A stretch of DNA of 64,000 nucleotides from NCBI GenBank assembly GCA_001780275.1, contig MFGB01000005.1, positions 84,306 through 148,305 on the forward strand, in the 5' to 3' direction. The position numbers and the translations under genes are program-made. The notes below the pieces were generated by a model. It did no database searches. It worked only from the letters and a program-made list of their open reading frames with translations, and was not told the origin of the DNA. Numbering within the stretch: position 1 is the first letter of the stretch; every line of letters begins with the position of its first letter. Below, piece after piece: positions 36,458 to 46,476 of this stretch. The DNA is from Candidatus Falkowbacteria bacterium RIFOXYA2_FULL_47_19. GTDB taxonomy: Bacteria > Patescibacteriota > Patescibacteriia > Patescibacteriales > UBA12075.

Positions 36458-37930
36458 CTATCGATTTTTAGGTTTAAGCAAGGGGAATATCTGGCATTCA
36501 CGCGACGTCCTGTTCATAAGGAAGCTGAAAACGCGCTCGCTCATGCCGAAACCGCAGGTGGGCGGCATGCCGTGCTCAAGGGCTTCCACGAATTCCGGAT
36601 CCGCCATTTGCGCTTCATCATCTCCCGCTTCCCGCAATTTCTGCTGTTCGGCGAATCTCGCCGCCTGATCCACCGGATCATTAAGTTCGCTATAGCCGTT
36701 GCCCAGCTCGGAACCGGCGATAATAGGCTGAAAACGCTCCGTTAACTCCGGCCTGTCCGACATTTTTTTTGCTAAGGGGCTTACAGAGAGCGGTACGCCG
36801 ACCAGGAATCCCGGACCGGCTATGCTTTTGCGGCAATACTTCCAAAGATTATCTATCGCCCGGGTTATATTAAAACCCTTTTTATCGTAGTCGATCTTTA
36901 ATTCTTTAAGCTTTGCCTCGATGGCCTTAATGTCCGTATTTAAAATATCGATGCCGGTTTTTTCCTTTACTGTGTCCCGGTAATCATAAATCGCCCATTT
37001 TTGATCAAGATCTATGTCAAAACCGCGAATTTCGAACTTAAGCGTGCCGAAGGTTTCCCGCGCGACATGTTTATATAATTCCTCGACCAGCGCCATGCCC
37101 ATCTTATAATCGGCGTAAGACCAATAAAACTCCATCTGGGTATAATCCTGCAGATGCTCGGCGTCCATGCCTTCGTTGCGGAACTGGCGCCCGATCTCGA
37201 AGGTTTTTTCGAGTCCGGCCACCATCAGCCGCTTTTGCCAAAGTTCGCCCGTTGATATGCGCAGGAATACATCCATGTCCAGAGCGTTGTGGTGGGTAAC
37301 GAAAGGCCTGGCATCCGCACCGCCGGTAGTAACTTCAAGAACCGGGGTTTCCACCTCAAGAAAACCTTTATTAAGCAGGAAATTTCTGATCGAGTTCCAA
37401 AATTTGGAACGTTTTTCTATCATATCCCTGGTTTCGCCGTTAAGCATTATATCCAGGTATCTTTTTCTTAATTTTTCTTCTTCATCCTTAAGCCCGTGCC
37501 ATTTTTCCGGCAGGGGTCTTATCGCCTTAGAAAGCAATTTCCAGCTTTTGACCATGATGCTTTTTTCACCCTTGTGAGTAACGAAACAAACACCCGTTAC
37601 CTCGACAAAATCACCCATGTCTATTAATTTATCGAACATTTTATAGCTTTCAGCGGAACCCAGCTCTTTCTTGGAAACCGCTATCTGGATCTGGCCGCTT
37701 ACATCCAATAAATTGGCGAAATTCAGGTTGCCGTGCGATCGTTTGGTCATAAGCCGTCCGGCCAATATAAGCTCCCCGCTATTTTCCTGAATTTTTTCAA
37801 AATTTTTTAAAACCTCTGACGCTAAATGCGTCCGGTCGGATCTTGACGGATACGGGTTTAAATCGTTTTTCCTTAATTCCTGAAGTTTAGAAAGACGCTC
37901 ATCGCGTTCGTTTATTTTTTCTTGTGGCAT
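36458..37930 (-). CDS. lysS: Lysyl-tRNA synthetase, class II
   Basis: OB-fold N-domain and class II core (FRNEG, GGADARPF, GMPPTCGFGMSERV). Confidence 0.95.
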   Translation of the reverse strand: MPQEKINERDERLSKLQELRKNDLNPYPSRSDRTHLASEVLKNFEKIQENSGELILAGRLMTKRSHGNLNFANLLDVSGQIQIAVSKKELGSAESYKMFDKLIDMGDFVEVTGVCFVTHKGEKSIMVKSWKLLSKAIRPLPEKWHGLKDEEEKLRKRYLDIMLNGETRDMIEKRSKFWNSIRNFLLNKGFLEVETPVLEVTTGGADARPFVTHHNALDMDVFLRISTGELWQKRLMVAGLEKTFEIGRQFRNEGMDAEHLQDYTQMEFYWSYADYKMGMALVEELYKHVARETFGTLKFEIRGFDIDLDQKWAIYDYRDTVKEKTGIDILNTDIKAIEAKLKELKIDYDKKGFNITRAIDNLWKYCRKSIAGPGFLVGVPLSVSPLAKKMSDRPELTERFQPIIAGSELGNGYSELNDPVDQAARFAEQQKLREAGDDEAQMADPEFVEALEHGMPPTCGFGMSERVFSFLMNRTSRECQIFPLLKPKNR

Positions 37931-38020
37931 ATTCGTAAAATATAAAAATCTCCTGCTTTAAGCGAGAGTGGTAATTTTTTAAACATTATATTTATTTTAA
38001 TATAAATAGCGAAAAAAAGC

Positions 38021-38100
38021 AAATAAAAAACCCGTAATCCACACCCTTGACCATAACTGTCACGCGACAATTCTTAATCATGGGTTTCGAATTACGGGAG
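38021..38100 (-). terminator. greA terminator with an unusually long hairpin
   Basis: On the minus strand: CCCGTAAT...~52 nt...ATTACGGG followed by T6. Confidence 0.55.
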
Positions 38101-38105
38101 TAAGA

Positions 38106-38564
38106 TTATCCGATCTTTAAAATCTCATATTCTATTTCTCCCCGCGGAGTTATTACCCTGATCTTGTCCCCCTTTTTTCGATCGATCAGTTCTTTACCCA
38201 AGGGCGATTCATTCGATATTTTGCCTTCGAGCGGGTCAGCTTCGTTAAAACTAACTATAGTGTAATTAATTTCTTTATTTCCCTGCCGGAGCGTTACTCT
38301 TGAGCCCATGCCGATATTTTCTTTGTTGTGGTCGCTTTCGACTATGGTCAGGTTTTTGATCACTTGGCTGAGTTCAGCTATGCGACCCTCGTTAAAGGCC
38401 TGTGCGTCTTTTGCTTCGCTATATTCCGCGTTTTCCGAGAGATCGCCCATGTCTTTCGCTTTTTGTATTCGATCCGCTATTTCCCGTCTTTTGACATTGA
38501 TCAGATTATCAAGCTCCTGTTTTAGTTTATCGTATCCCTCCTGGGATATAATTTGATCGGACAT
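38106..38564 (-). CDS. greA: Transcription elongation factor GreA
   Basis: N-terminal coiled coil with DLSENAEY and a C-terminal SPLGKELIDRKKGD. Confidence 0.93.
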   Translation of the reverse strand: MSDQIISQEGYDKLKQELDNLINVKRREIADRIQKAKDMGDLSENAEYSEAKDAQAFNEGRIAELSQVIKNLTIVESDHNKENIGMGSRVTLRQGNKEINYTIVSFNEADPLEGKISNESPLGKELIDRKKGDKIRVITPRGEIEYEILKIG

Positions 38565-38660
38565 AATTTAATGGCTTTATAGTTAGCTTTTAGCTTTTAG
38601 GCAATGCCCGATATAATCGTTATGGCATGACCAAAACTATAAGCTAATATACAGTAAATT
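38565..38660. repeat. Word-periodic imperfect palindrome (GCTTTTAG family) upstream of greA
   Basis: TTAGCTTTTAGCTTTTAGGCAATGCC ... GGCATGACCAAAACTATAAGCTAA. The arms are ~24 nt with a few mismatches and built from 7-nt words. Confidence 0.6.
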
Positions 38661-40229
38661 TTATTTTTTATCAAGGGATAGTTGTCCACACCGGAAACCC
38701 GTCAGTCCGCTTTCGAAAATAACGGCGGTAAGCATTAAATAGCCGATTCCTAGGGGGTGGTTAAAATACGGACTGAAAAAATTTACGGCCGCCACAACAA
38801 TGAGACCGATGGCTAATCCTGCATGCATGCCAGCCTTCTTTGTTTTTGAAAGTTTAACGGCGATAAACGTAATATTAAATAAAATAAAAAGATAAGTCAA
38901 TAGACCAAATATACCTAATTTTAGCCAAATATCTAGCCAGCCCCACTCAAAGGCGTAGGTCGTGTATTCGCCGGTGGCGTTCGTTTCCCTGACCCTGGGA
39001 TCGTTCGATTCATAAGTAACCGTGGACCCGAAACCCTGCCCGAAAACGGCTTCCCGGCTTATCTTTCTCCATAATTCGGGTAAAAGATTCCAACGGGAAG
39101 ACACGGCGGCTTCGCCGGTTAACCGGCCGGCTCTTTCGGTTAGAAGGCCGACGGCGTTATATCCACCCAGAGGTCTCGGATAAGGAAATTTTACCGTGAT
39201 CATTATAAGGCAGAGACTCACGACCGCGACGGCCGCCAAAACACCGCCGAATCCGATCGATCTTTTCCAGCCGTATCTCCAAAACGAGAACGCCGCGAAA
39301 AGCAAAAGCCCGATCACCAGACCAACCCAAAAACTTCTAGAAAAACTAATGACGATCGTGGCTAAAAGTAAAACCGCGAATAGGGCCATCAAGCAAGAGG
39401 TCTTGTTTTTCCAGCCGTTTTTATATATTCGTTCGGTCCAAAGGCATAAAATAATAAAAAATCCGGCTAAAGAGAATATCTGCGACTGGAGGAAGATGCG
39501 GTAAAACCCTCCCTGCATCCGGGTTAATTCCCCCACTCCGGTCAGGCGCACCCAGCGATAAAGTTCGGCGGTCATGCCTATCATGTCGTGCGAGAAGATA
39601 AACAGTAGAAAGAAAGTTTTAAAACCGAGCCAGAGCACGGAGGCCGCAAAAACGGCCGATACCCCTTCGAGCGCTTCGCTCGCGCTCCGGAAAATCCTTC
39701 TTTCCTTCACGAAAATATCGTAAAGCGGAAAGATCAGAGTAAAATACAGCCAGCCGTTAAAATCAAAAAAGATGTTGCCGAAGTCATTATTATGCAAAAA
39801 ACCGTTTACGATCCCCCAAAGCATGAACAGGAATAGAAAAAGGAAATACGGCAATATATGCCCCCTTTTCAGACTGAATTTCCGGTGGAGTAAACTGAAT
39901 TTCTTTTCGGAAACGATCCTGGTGATGTTTTTACCCGCCCAGACCGACATAAGGATAAGCCAAAAGGCGATGCGGATGGAAAGGCTGAGATCACCGATCT
40001 CCAGGAAAAACAGGTAGCCCTTAGAACCTATAAAAAGTTCAGCTAAAACGATATATATTCCGTACTCAAGTTTATGAAGAGTTAATATCAAGAACAGGCA
40101 GACAACCACGCTAAAAACAATCGTCATGAAAAACGGCACGAGAAACCCGCAGAGCGAAAATAATTCCCCCAGAACTATGAACAACAGGGTGGTTTTGAAA
40201 ATTTTGCTGCTTAAAAATTTATAACCCAT
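38661..40229 (-). CDS. Polytopic membrane protein, O-antigen ligase/polymerase-like
   Basis: 522 aa with more than 10 predicted TM segments, adjacent to the GT2/GT4/flippase genes. The family call rests on context and architecture only. Confidence 0.5.
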   Translation of the reverse strand: MGYKFLSSKIFKTTLLFIVLGELFSLCGFLVPFFMTIVFSVVVCLFLILTLHKLEYGIYIVLAELFIGSKGYLFFLEIGDLSLSIRIAFWLILMSVWAGKNITRIVSEKKFSLLHRKFSLKRGHILPYFLFLFLFMLWGIVNGFLHNNDFGNIFFDFNGWLYFTLIFPLYDIFVKERRIFRSASEALEGVSAVFAASVLWLGFKTFFLLFIFSHDMIGMTAELYRWVRLTGVGELTRMQGGFYRIFLQSQIFSLAGFFIILCLWTERIYKNGWKNKTSCLMALFAVLLLATIVISFSRSFWVGLVIGLLLFAAFSFWRYGWKRSIGFGGVLAAVAVVSLCLIMITVKFPYPRPLGGYNAVGLLTERAGRLTGEAAVSSRWNLLPELWRKISREAVFGQGFGSTVTYESNDPRVRETNATGEYTTYAFEWGWLDIWLKLGIFGLLTYLFILFNITFIAVKLSKTKKAGMHAGLAIGLIVVAAVNFFSPYFNHPLGIGYLMLTAVIFESGLTGFRCGQLSLDKK

Positions 40230-40231
40230 AC

Positions 40232-40927
40232 TTAAAGATGGTGTTTCTTTTTTACGATCGCCAGGGCGTTATTGTACTTTCTGACATTGGGCAGGAAAGG
40301 AAAAAGCTTATAAAATACAGACGGTAGCCAGTTACTGTATACTCCGCCCGGCCTGATCGTAAAAAGCACCCGGTCTATCCAGAAACCGGTATGCCCCTCG
40401 GAGAGCATCGACAGGTAAAAATCCCAATCATTAAGCTTCCTGATATTCTCGTCCCATCCGGCTTTAGGAAAATGCTCCCGTCTTATTAAAGTTGTCGTAT
40501 GAATATAAGGCATTTTTTTAAGTTTATCCGCGTCAAAAGGCCAAAGCCGGAAGAGCTTGCGGCCATATTTATGGGATGGGTAAGCGTAGCTGGCTTCCGG
40601 ATGTTCTTTAAGTGTTTTCAGCATTATCTCGAGCGCGTCAGGCGCCAAAATCGCGTCCGCGTCGCAGAACATGACGAACTCTCCTTTTGTTTTTTTAAAA
40701 CCTTTGTTGCGGGCATAAGGCGCCCAATGGCGGGCCTGGTTATACCAGTAGTCGAACTTAAGTCCCAGCTCATTTTTGTATTTTCTTAATACTGGCGCCA
40801 GATGGTCGGTTGAGCGGTCATCGATCACCACCACCTCGTAATTCTGGTAGGTCTGGTTTTTTATTGAATCTAAACATTCAACCAATTTATCAGCTTGGTT
40901 ATAAACAGGAATAACTATTGAGATCAT
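40232..40927 (-). CDS. Family 2 glycosyltransferase
   Basis: ISIVIPVYNQ, VVVIDDRSTD, and the DxD motif in FCDADAIL. Confidence 0.88.
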   Translation of the reverse strand: MISIVIPVYNQADKLVECLDSIKNQTYQNYEVVVIDDRSTDHLAPVLRKYKNELGLKFDYWYNQARHWAPYARNKGFKKTKGEFVMFCDADAILAPDALEIMLKTLKEHPEASYAYPSHKYGRKLFRLWPFDADKLKKMPYIHTTTLIRREHFPKAGWDENIRKLNDWDFYLSMLSEGHTGFWIDRVLFTIRPGGVYSNWLPSVFYKLFPFLPNVRKYNNALAIVKKKHHL

Positions 40928-40953
40928 AATATTATTTTGTTTAAATTTTTAAC

Positions 40954-42030
40954 CTATCGTTGCTTGTTTAAAATTTCATAAATTTTTCCGGCCTGTTTCT
41001 CCCAGTTAAACTCGTTGATCGCCCGTTCTCTCCCCTGCTCCCCCAACTGTTTCCTTAAAGACTCGTCCTGGGCGAGGCGGATCACGGCGGCCGCTATCCG
41101 CTCGGTGTTTTCCGGATTCACCAAAAGGCCAGAGAAAGCGTTTTTGACCGCGTCGCGTACTCCGCCGGAGTCGCCGGCTATGACCGGTTTACCGGCTAAA
41201 TTCGCCTCAAGATAAACTATGCCGAAGCCCTCGAAATCCCCGGCTATATTCCTTGAAACCATGGCAAAAATATCGCACGCCTCGAGCCAGGCCCATTTTT
41301 CCTCATCATCGGGTTTTTTCAGGAATACTATATTCGGTATCCCCCGGGCTTTTTCGTAAATATATCTCTTGTCCGGACCATCGCCGGCAATGAAATAATA
41401 GAGATTGGGTACGGCCCGGAGTATCTCCGGCATGGATTCCACCACTTTATCGAACCCCTTGCGTTTTACCAAACGGCCGACGCTATACATGACTATCTTA
41501 TTGAAAAAACGATGCTTTTTCCTTATGGCCGCTATCAGGTCTTCATTACGGACAATATCTTTTTCCGCCCCCGGATTAACTACCCTTATCCGGCCGTTAT
41601 CACCGATAAATTCCTTTACCAAAGAGGCCGTGTAATTGCTCGCACAGATTATATGTGCGGCTTTTCCAAGAATTTTCCGGCTCATGCGCTTTTTGCGGAG
41701 GGTTTTTTGCGCGTAGACGATATCCATGCCGTGCACGAAGATCGTGTATGGCGTTTTAGTCAGTTTTGTCACGTAATAAGCGGCAATGCCGAGAGGCAGG
41801 AGGTGGCCGACCAGGACGTGCCCGATATTTTTTTCTTTTATTTCCCTGTAAAGGCGCAGGACGGCCTTAAGCCAGCGGGGCCGAAACCAGCGGCCGATAA
41901 GCTTGTTTTCGTTATTATGCAGTACGAAAATATTTTCCGGCGAAGGGAAGTGCCTGACTAAATTGCCGTAATAACTGGCGACGCCGCCTTTGAAGGGGGG
42001 GTATTCAAGGGTAAAGAGAAGTGTCTTCAT
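40954..42030 (-). CDS. GT-B glycosyltransferase (GT4/GT1 family)
   Basis: C-terminal EGFGIVYLEANLAGKPVIA (E-x7-E region). Confidence 0.88.
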   Translation of the reverse strand: MKTLLFTLEYPPFKGGVASYYGNLVRHFPSPENIFVLHNNENKLIGRWFRPRWLKAVLRLYREIKEKNIGHVLVGHLLPLGIAAYYVTKLTKTPYTIFVHGMDIVYAQKTLRKKRMSRKILGKAAHIICASNYTASLVKEFIGDNGRIRVVNPGAEKDIVRNEDLIAAIRKKHRFFNKIVMYSVGRLVKRKGFDKVVESMPEILRAVPNLYYFIAGDGPDKRYIYEKARGIPNIVFLKKPDDEEKWAWLEACDIFAMVSRNIAGDFEGFGIVYLEANLAGKPVIAGDSGGVRDAVKNAFSGLLVNPENTERIAAAVIRLAQDESLRKQLGEQGRERAINEFNWEKQAGKIYEILNKQR

Positions 42031-42036
42031 ATTTGA

Positions 42037-43494
42037 TCATCTTAAAAACGATCTTGCCACGCTTTTTATATCCTCGACCCGGAGTGCTTTCATTAGAAAA
42101 AGCAGCCCGAAATAAACCGCACCGGCCAGGATAACAACTATGAAAATATTGAGATAGGCTTTAGCCGGCCAGACAAAGGCGACCATGATCGCGGCCGAGG
42201 CCAAGGACTTGAAAAAAACAGAAACGATCTTACGCGGCCTGGCCTCGATGATCTTCGGGACCCAGATGATCCCCATGAAAAACATCAGAAAATTAGTCAG
42301 AAGAACGGTCGCGGCCGCTCCGGCGGAGTGGAATTTTGGAATAAGGAAAAGGTTAAGAATCACGCTGGCCGCCAGAGCAAGGCCCATGTTCCGGGTATTT
42401 ATCTTCTGTCGGTCGCAGGCGTTAAGCAGGGCGCCTATGGGAAAATTAAGGAAAATAAAAAAAAGCGCGGCGACCGCTATCTGGAGCGGCAGGACGGCGG
42501 CGGCGTACTCCGGCCTAAAAACAAGGATTATCCTGTCGGCCAGGGTAATTATACCGAGGCTTATCGGCAGGCTTATTATGATAAGATAGTTCATGGCCCG
42601 TTCGAAGGTTATCGTCAGCTGTCCGCGGTTGTTCTTCCAGTAATCGGAAAATGCCGGGTAAACGCTCGCGATAAAAGCCATCGGCAGGAATTGCAAAGCG
42701 AATACGACCTTAAAGGCGATCTGGTATATTCCGACATGATAGTCGCCGGCGATCTTCGAGAGCATTACAGTATCCAAATACATGTACAGGCGCTGGAAAA
42801 CGACATAAAGGGCGAAGGGCGCCGCCAGAGCCAGCAGGGGTTTAAGAGCTGCGCGGTCAAAAACGGGCCGGATCGCCAAAGCAAATTTATATTTTATAAG
42901 CAAAAACGAATAGATGAAATTAAAAAGACTAGCCAGGACTAAAGCGCTCATGATCCATTTCAGTCCAAAACCGGCTTTAAGCGCGGATAAGCCGAACACT
43001 AGGACTATGACCTGGAAAACGACAGAGGCTATGCTTTCATATTTTAAATTATGAAAACCGCGCAATGCGGAAAAGAAAGTCAGGGTAAATGAATCGAGGA
43101 CCATGCAGATCGAGGACAGATAGACTAATTCGGCGGTTAACGCGGAGTAGCCGAGTATTTTTGCGGCGAAAACGATAACGGCCAGAGTGACGAGGGCCAG
43201 GGGGATTTTTAAGGCCAGGGTGCACCCGATAAGGCGTCCGGCCGCGCGCTGATCCTTGGCGGTTTCCCTGACCAAAATATTGGCTAATCCCAAATCGACA
43301 AAAATCGCGAAAATCGTGGTGAATGAAATTGCCAGGTAGTATTGCCCTAATTCGGCGGGAGCTAAATTGCGGGCCAGGACGGCAAAGTAAGCGAAACTGA
43401 TCACTTTTTGGATAACCAGGGCGAAAGTAAAATAACTCGTATTTCTGGCTATGCCCCTCACGCGGGGATTAGCGTCTGTGTTAACCTCAACCAT
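42037..43494 (-). CDS. Polysaccharide flippase (Wzx/MOP superfamily)
   Basis: 485 aa with ~12-14 TM segments and an N-terminal RNTSYFTFALVIQKVISF typical of Wzx-like proteins. Confidence 0.8.
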   Translation of the reverse strand: MVEVNTDANPRVRGIARNTSYFTFALVIQKVISFAYFAVLARNLAPAELGQYYLAISFTTIFAIFVDLGLANILVRETAKDQRAAGRLIGCTLALKIPLALVTLAVIVFAAKILGYSALTAELVYLSSICMVLDSFTLTFFSALRGFHNLKYESIASVVFQVIVLVFGLSALKAGFGLKWIMSALVLASLFNFIYSFLLIKYKFALAIRPVFDRAALKPLLALAAPFALYVVFQRLYMYLDTVMLSKIAGDYHVGIYQIAFKVVFALQFLPMAFIASVYPAFSDYWKNNRGQLTITFERAMNYLIIISLPISLGIITLADRIILVFRPEYAAAVLPLQIAVAALFFIFLNFPIGALLNACDRQKINTRNMGLALAASVILNLFLIPKFHSAGAAATVLLTNFLMFFMGIIWVPKIIEARPRKIVSVFFKSLASAAIMVAFVWPAKAYLNIFIVVILAGAVYFGLLFLMKALRVEDIKSVARSFLR

Positions 43495-43635
43495 AAGTTG
43501 CTGGTATCATAATATTTTCTAGGCTTAATATTTATTATAGCACGTTTAGGACGTATAATACAAAAACAGCCTCGGATAACAAAAATCCTTCCGGCTTAAG
43601 GAAGGATAGGATGGGTTTGATCCGAGGGTATTTCT

Positions 43636-44169
43636 TTATCTGGCCTTTTTGGCTATTTTTCCGACCGCGGGGGCCATCTTTTCGGCGGATGAGACCGTAC
43701 TGGCCGCGGAGGTCATATTTTGCACAAAGGCATTCCCGAGGGGCTTGATCCGGGCGAGAAAGATCTGAAAGGCTTCCGGAGCCTTAAAGCCGGCCTTTTT
43801 GAGGTTTTCGTAATCCCGGTAGTCGGTTTTGGCCCTGAGCCTGGAAAGCGCGTCCAGTTCCGGCTCGATATCCTTTTTGACATCAAGCAAAAGCCCCAGA
43901 AAAACGCGGATGGCGTCGGCTGCCTCTTTTTTGTTGCTATCGACAATTTGTTTTGCCAGCGCGATATATCCTCTGGCCTGTTGCGCGAACGCCTCGGCCT
44001 CGGCAAGCATCGTTAGTTTCGCCATCTCTTCGGCGATTTCGGCGAGCTCTTTTTTTATTCGCTCTTTTGTTTCGTCGTTGTTATCCCCGTAACACTCCTG
44101 AGAATACTCCTCTTTTTTGCGCTCAAGCGCGCCCTCAAGAGCCTCTAACTTTTGCGATGTTTCGGTCAT
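43636..44169 (-). CDS. Hypothetical helical protein
   Basis: Start moved to MTETSQKLEAL (AGGAAG RBS). I recognise no family. Confidence 0.55.
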   Translation of the reverse strand: MTETSQKLEALEGALERKKEEYSQECYGDNNDETKERIKKELAEIAEEMAKLTMLAEAEAFAQQARGYIALAKQIVDSNKKEAADAIRVFLGLLLDVKKDIEPELDALSRLRAKTDYRDYENLKKAGFKAPEAFQIFLARIKPLGNAFVQNMTSAASTVSSAEKMAPAVGKIAKKAR

Positions 44170-44342
44170 TTTTCTTCCTTTCTTCTGTAAAAAGTTGATA
44201 AAAAACCTGAAAAAAACAAAATTTAACAATGTACATTACTAAACGTTAACACATTATCATTAATAAGTCAATACTTAAATAACAGGGCAAAAATACAAAA
44301 ACAGCCCCGGACAACAAGGCTGTTTATTTATTTTAGCTTATT

Positions 44343-44857
44343 TTAGCCACGATTACTTAATTCTTCAATAACGGCCTGGTATTTTTCGTGGATCATTTTC
44401 TGGTCGAATTCATTGCCTTCCCGGAGCATATCTTCCTTCTCGGCATCGGAAAAATAATGCATAACCGGAATAAAAAATTCTTTGTCTTCCCGGGCTATAT
44501 GCCACGGATAAAGCTCTACAAGAGTTTCAATACAAGTAACGGCCTCGTCTTCTGCTTTGGCTGATGCTAACCCGCTCACGCGCTCACGTGCCTCTATATG
44601 CTCGTTGGTTAGTTGTTCCATGATGGCGCGCGATGTTCCGGGCTAATATCCTTTTTTCGTAATTCCCGAAACAGTATTTGCTCTTCCTTGCCGTGGTGGG
44701 TTTGGTCGGCGTAAACGCGGAAAAAATCCGCCGCGGCGCGGTTGAATTCGCGGTCGATCGGGCCGCCGCCCTTAAGACGCTTAAGCTCAAAGGACATAAG
44801 TCCGATCATTTTTTCGATCAAACGGTGTTCGATCATTAACGGTGCGATTGGCAGCAT
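44343..44857 (-). pseudogene. Hemerythrin-domain protein interrupted by a +1 frameshift
   Basis: ORFs 44609..44911 and 44343..44621 are two halves of one hemerythrin-like protein (..YADQTHHGKEEQILF..ISPEHRA | IMEQLTNEHIEAR..). Deleting one base in GGCGCGCG (44625-44632) restores the frame. This could be an assembly error. Confidence 0.6.
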
Positions 44858-44871
44858 AAAATTAAAAAAGT

Positions 44872-45033
44872 TTATTGAACTAAAATGAACTTGTCTTTGC
44901 CGGCGCCGCATAACGGGCAGGTCCAGCTGTCCGGAATATCGTCGAATTTGGTACCCGGCTTCACACCGCGCTCCGGATCGCCGATAGCTTCATCGTAGAT
45001 GTAATCGCAGATCGTACATTTGTATTTTGCCAT
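44872..45033 (-). CDS. rub: Rubredoxin
   Basis: Below the ORF-track cutoff. My translation: [53 protein letters not shown], with the CxxC ... CPxCG motifs. Confidence 0.9.
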   Translation of the reverse strand: MAKYKCTICDYIYDEAIGDPERGVKPGTKFDDIPDSWTCPLCGAGKDKFILVQ

Positions 45034-45194
45034 AGGTTTGATCGGTTTATTATCCTAATTATATAATCGCATAGTTAAACTCTAGCACATCGCTCGCTTT
45101 TCATCAATACTTTACGCCCGGTAGGCAAACAAAAAATCCTCCGGAATCTTTGGGAGGATTTTTTGCATCTATATACAAAGAAGGGTGTTTTAGT

Positions 45195-45638
45195 TTAACG
45201 CTTGCTCCACTGAGGAGAACGTCTCGCGCGTTTCAAGCCAGGCTTCTTCCGCTCTTTCTTTCTTGAATCCCGTGTTAACCAGCCTTTCGGCTTGATCACA
45301 GGCTTGATCGTTTCATCCATCTCGACCAGAGCCTTGGCGATGCCGTGGCGGATAGCTTCCGCCTGTCCGACGCCGCCGCCGCCTTTTACCACTATGGAAA
45401 AATTAAAGGATTTCAGGTTGCCTGTAAGCTTTAACGGCTGTTTGATCGTATTTATTTTATCCTGTGAAAAATAATCGCTTAATTTCCGTCCGTTCACTAT
45501 AAAAATACCGGTTCCTTTCTTGTAGATCCGCAGACGGGCGACGGCCGTTTTTCTCCGGCTGACAACGCTCGTATGCTTGCCCTTGAGCACTACCGGCTCC
45601 TCCGCTTTTGTTTTATTTGTTGTTTGTTGAGTTGTCAT
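45195..45638 (-). CDS. rpsI: 30S ribosomal protein S9
   Basis: C-terminal GLKRARRSPQWSKR and S9 core blocks. Confidence 0.93.
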   Translation of the reverse strand: MTTQQTTNKTKAEEPVVLKGKHTSVVSRRKTAVARLRIYKKGTGIFIVNGRKLSDYFSQDKINTIKQPLKLTGNLKSFNFSIVVKGGGGVGQAEAIRHGIAKALVEMDETIKPVIKPKGWLTRDSRKKERKKPGLKRARRSPQWSKR

Positions 45639-45683
45639 AACTGATTATTTCTTAATGAAATCTAAAAATCTAATTTCCTCCGG

Positions 45684-46031
45684 CTATTTTATGGTCAGAC
45701 GCTTAAGCATTTCCTTCCTGAATTTTACCGGCGGCAGCATTTCACGAACGGCCCTCATAAGGATATTACCGGGATCGGTTTTAACGATATTCTTCATTTT
45801 AGCGGTCTTTAAGCCGCCGGGATAACCGGAATAACTGTAATACTCTTTCTGTTCGAGTTTCTTTCCGGTGAATTTTATTTTATTTATATGGCTTACCTCG
45901 ACCAAATCCCCGCAATCCGTATGCGGTTCGAATTCCGGCTTGTTCTTTCCCCGCAAAATAACGGCGATTTTGGTGGCTATTCTCCCTATGCTTTGGTTAG
46001 TAGCATCGATTTTGTGTAATTTTCTTTCCAT
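45684..46031 (-). CDS. rplM: 50S ribosomal protein L13 (short form)
   Basis: IDATNQSIGRIATKIAVILRGK N-terminus. At 115 aa it lacks the usual C-terminal ~25 aa. Confidence 0.88.
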   Translation of the reverse strand: MERKLHKIDATNQSIGRIATKIAVILRGKNKPEFEPHTDCGDLVEVSHINKIKFTGKKLEQKEYYSYSGYPGGLKTAKMKNIVKTDPGNILMRAVREMLPPVKFRKEMLKRLTIK

Positions 46032-46087
46032 TTTTCTTGGTTTCGCGATCCCGCCTTATGGACTGCGGGAGGCATAATTTTAAATAA

Positions 46088-46438
46088 TTAAACTAATTCG
46101 ATCCGCACCATTTCCGCCCCGTCCCCTTGCCTGGTCCCGATCTTTACTATCCTGGTGTAGCCGCCCGGCTTATCTTTATATCTCTCGCCCAAAACCTCCA
46201 TGGCTTTTTTTACGGCCATTTTCTGCGGTAAAACGGAAATGAGTTTTCGGCGGGACGTTAAATCGCCCTTTTTAGCCGTCGTAATGGCTTTTTCCACGAG
46301 CGAACGGACAACCTTGGCTTTGGCTTTCGTGGTTTTAACCTTTTCGTATATCAAAATACTTGACGCGAGATTCCGAAGCATCAATTCGCGCGGCGCTTTT
46401 TCCCGGCTTAGAATTTTTTTTGTATTACGATGTCTCAT
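46088..46438 (-). CDS. rplQ: 50S ribosomal protein L17
   Basis: MRHRNTKKILSREKAPRELMLRNL start, typical of L17. Confidence 0.93.
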   Translation of the reverse strand: MRHRNTKKILSREKAPRELMLRNLASSILIYEKVKTTKAKAKVVRSLVEKAITTAKKGDLTSRRKLISVLPQKMAVKKAMEVLGERYKDKPGGYTRIVKIGTRQGDGAEMVRIELV

Positions 46439-46476
46439 GTCTCTAAATTAATTTTATAATGGTATGGTTAATAAAA

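Noticed and set aside
38031-38098. GGGTTTCGAATTACGGG resembles a tRNA T-arm.
   Set aside because: No cloverleaf can be folded. The sequence is the 3' arm of a long hairpin (CCCGTAAT/ATTACGGG) followed by T6, so it was called the greA terminator.
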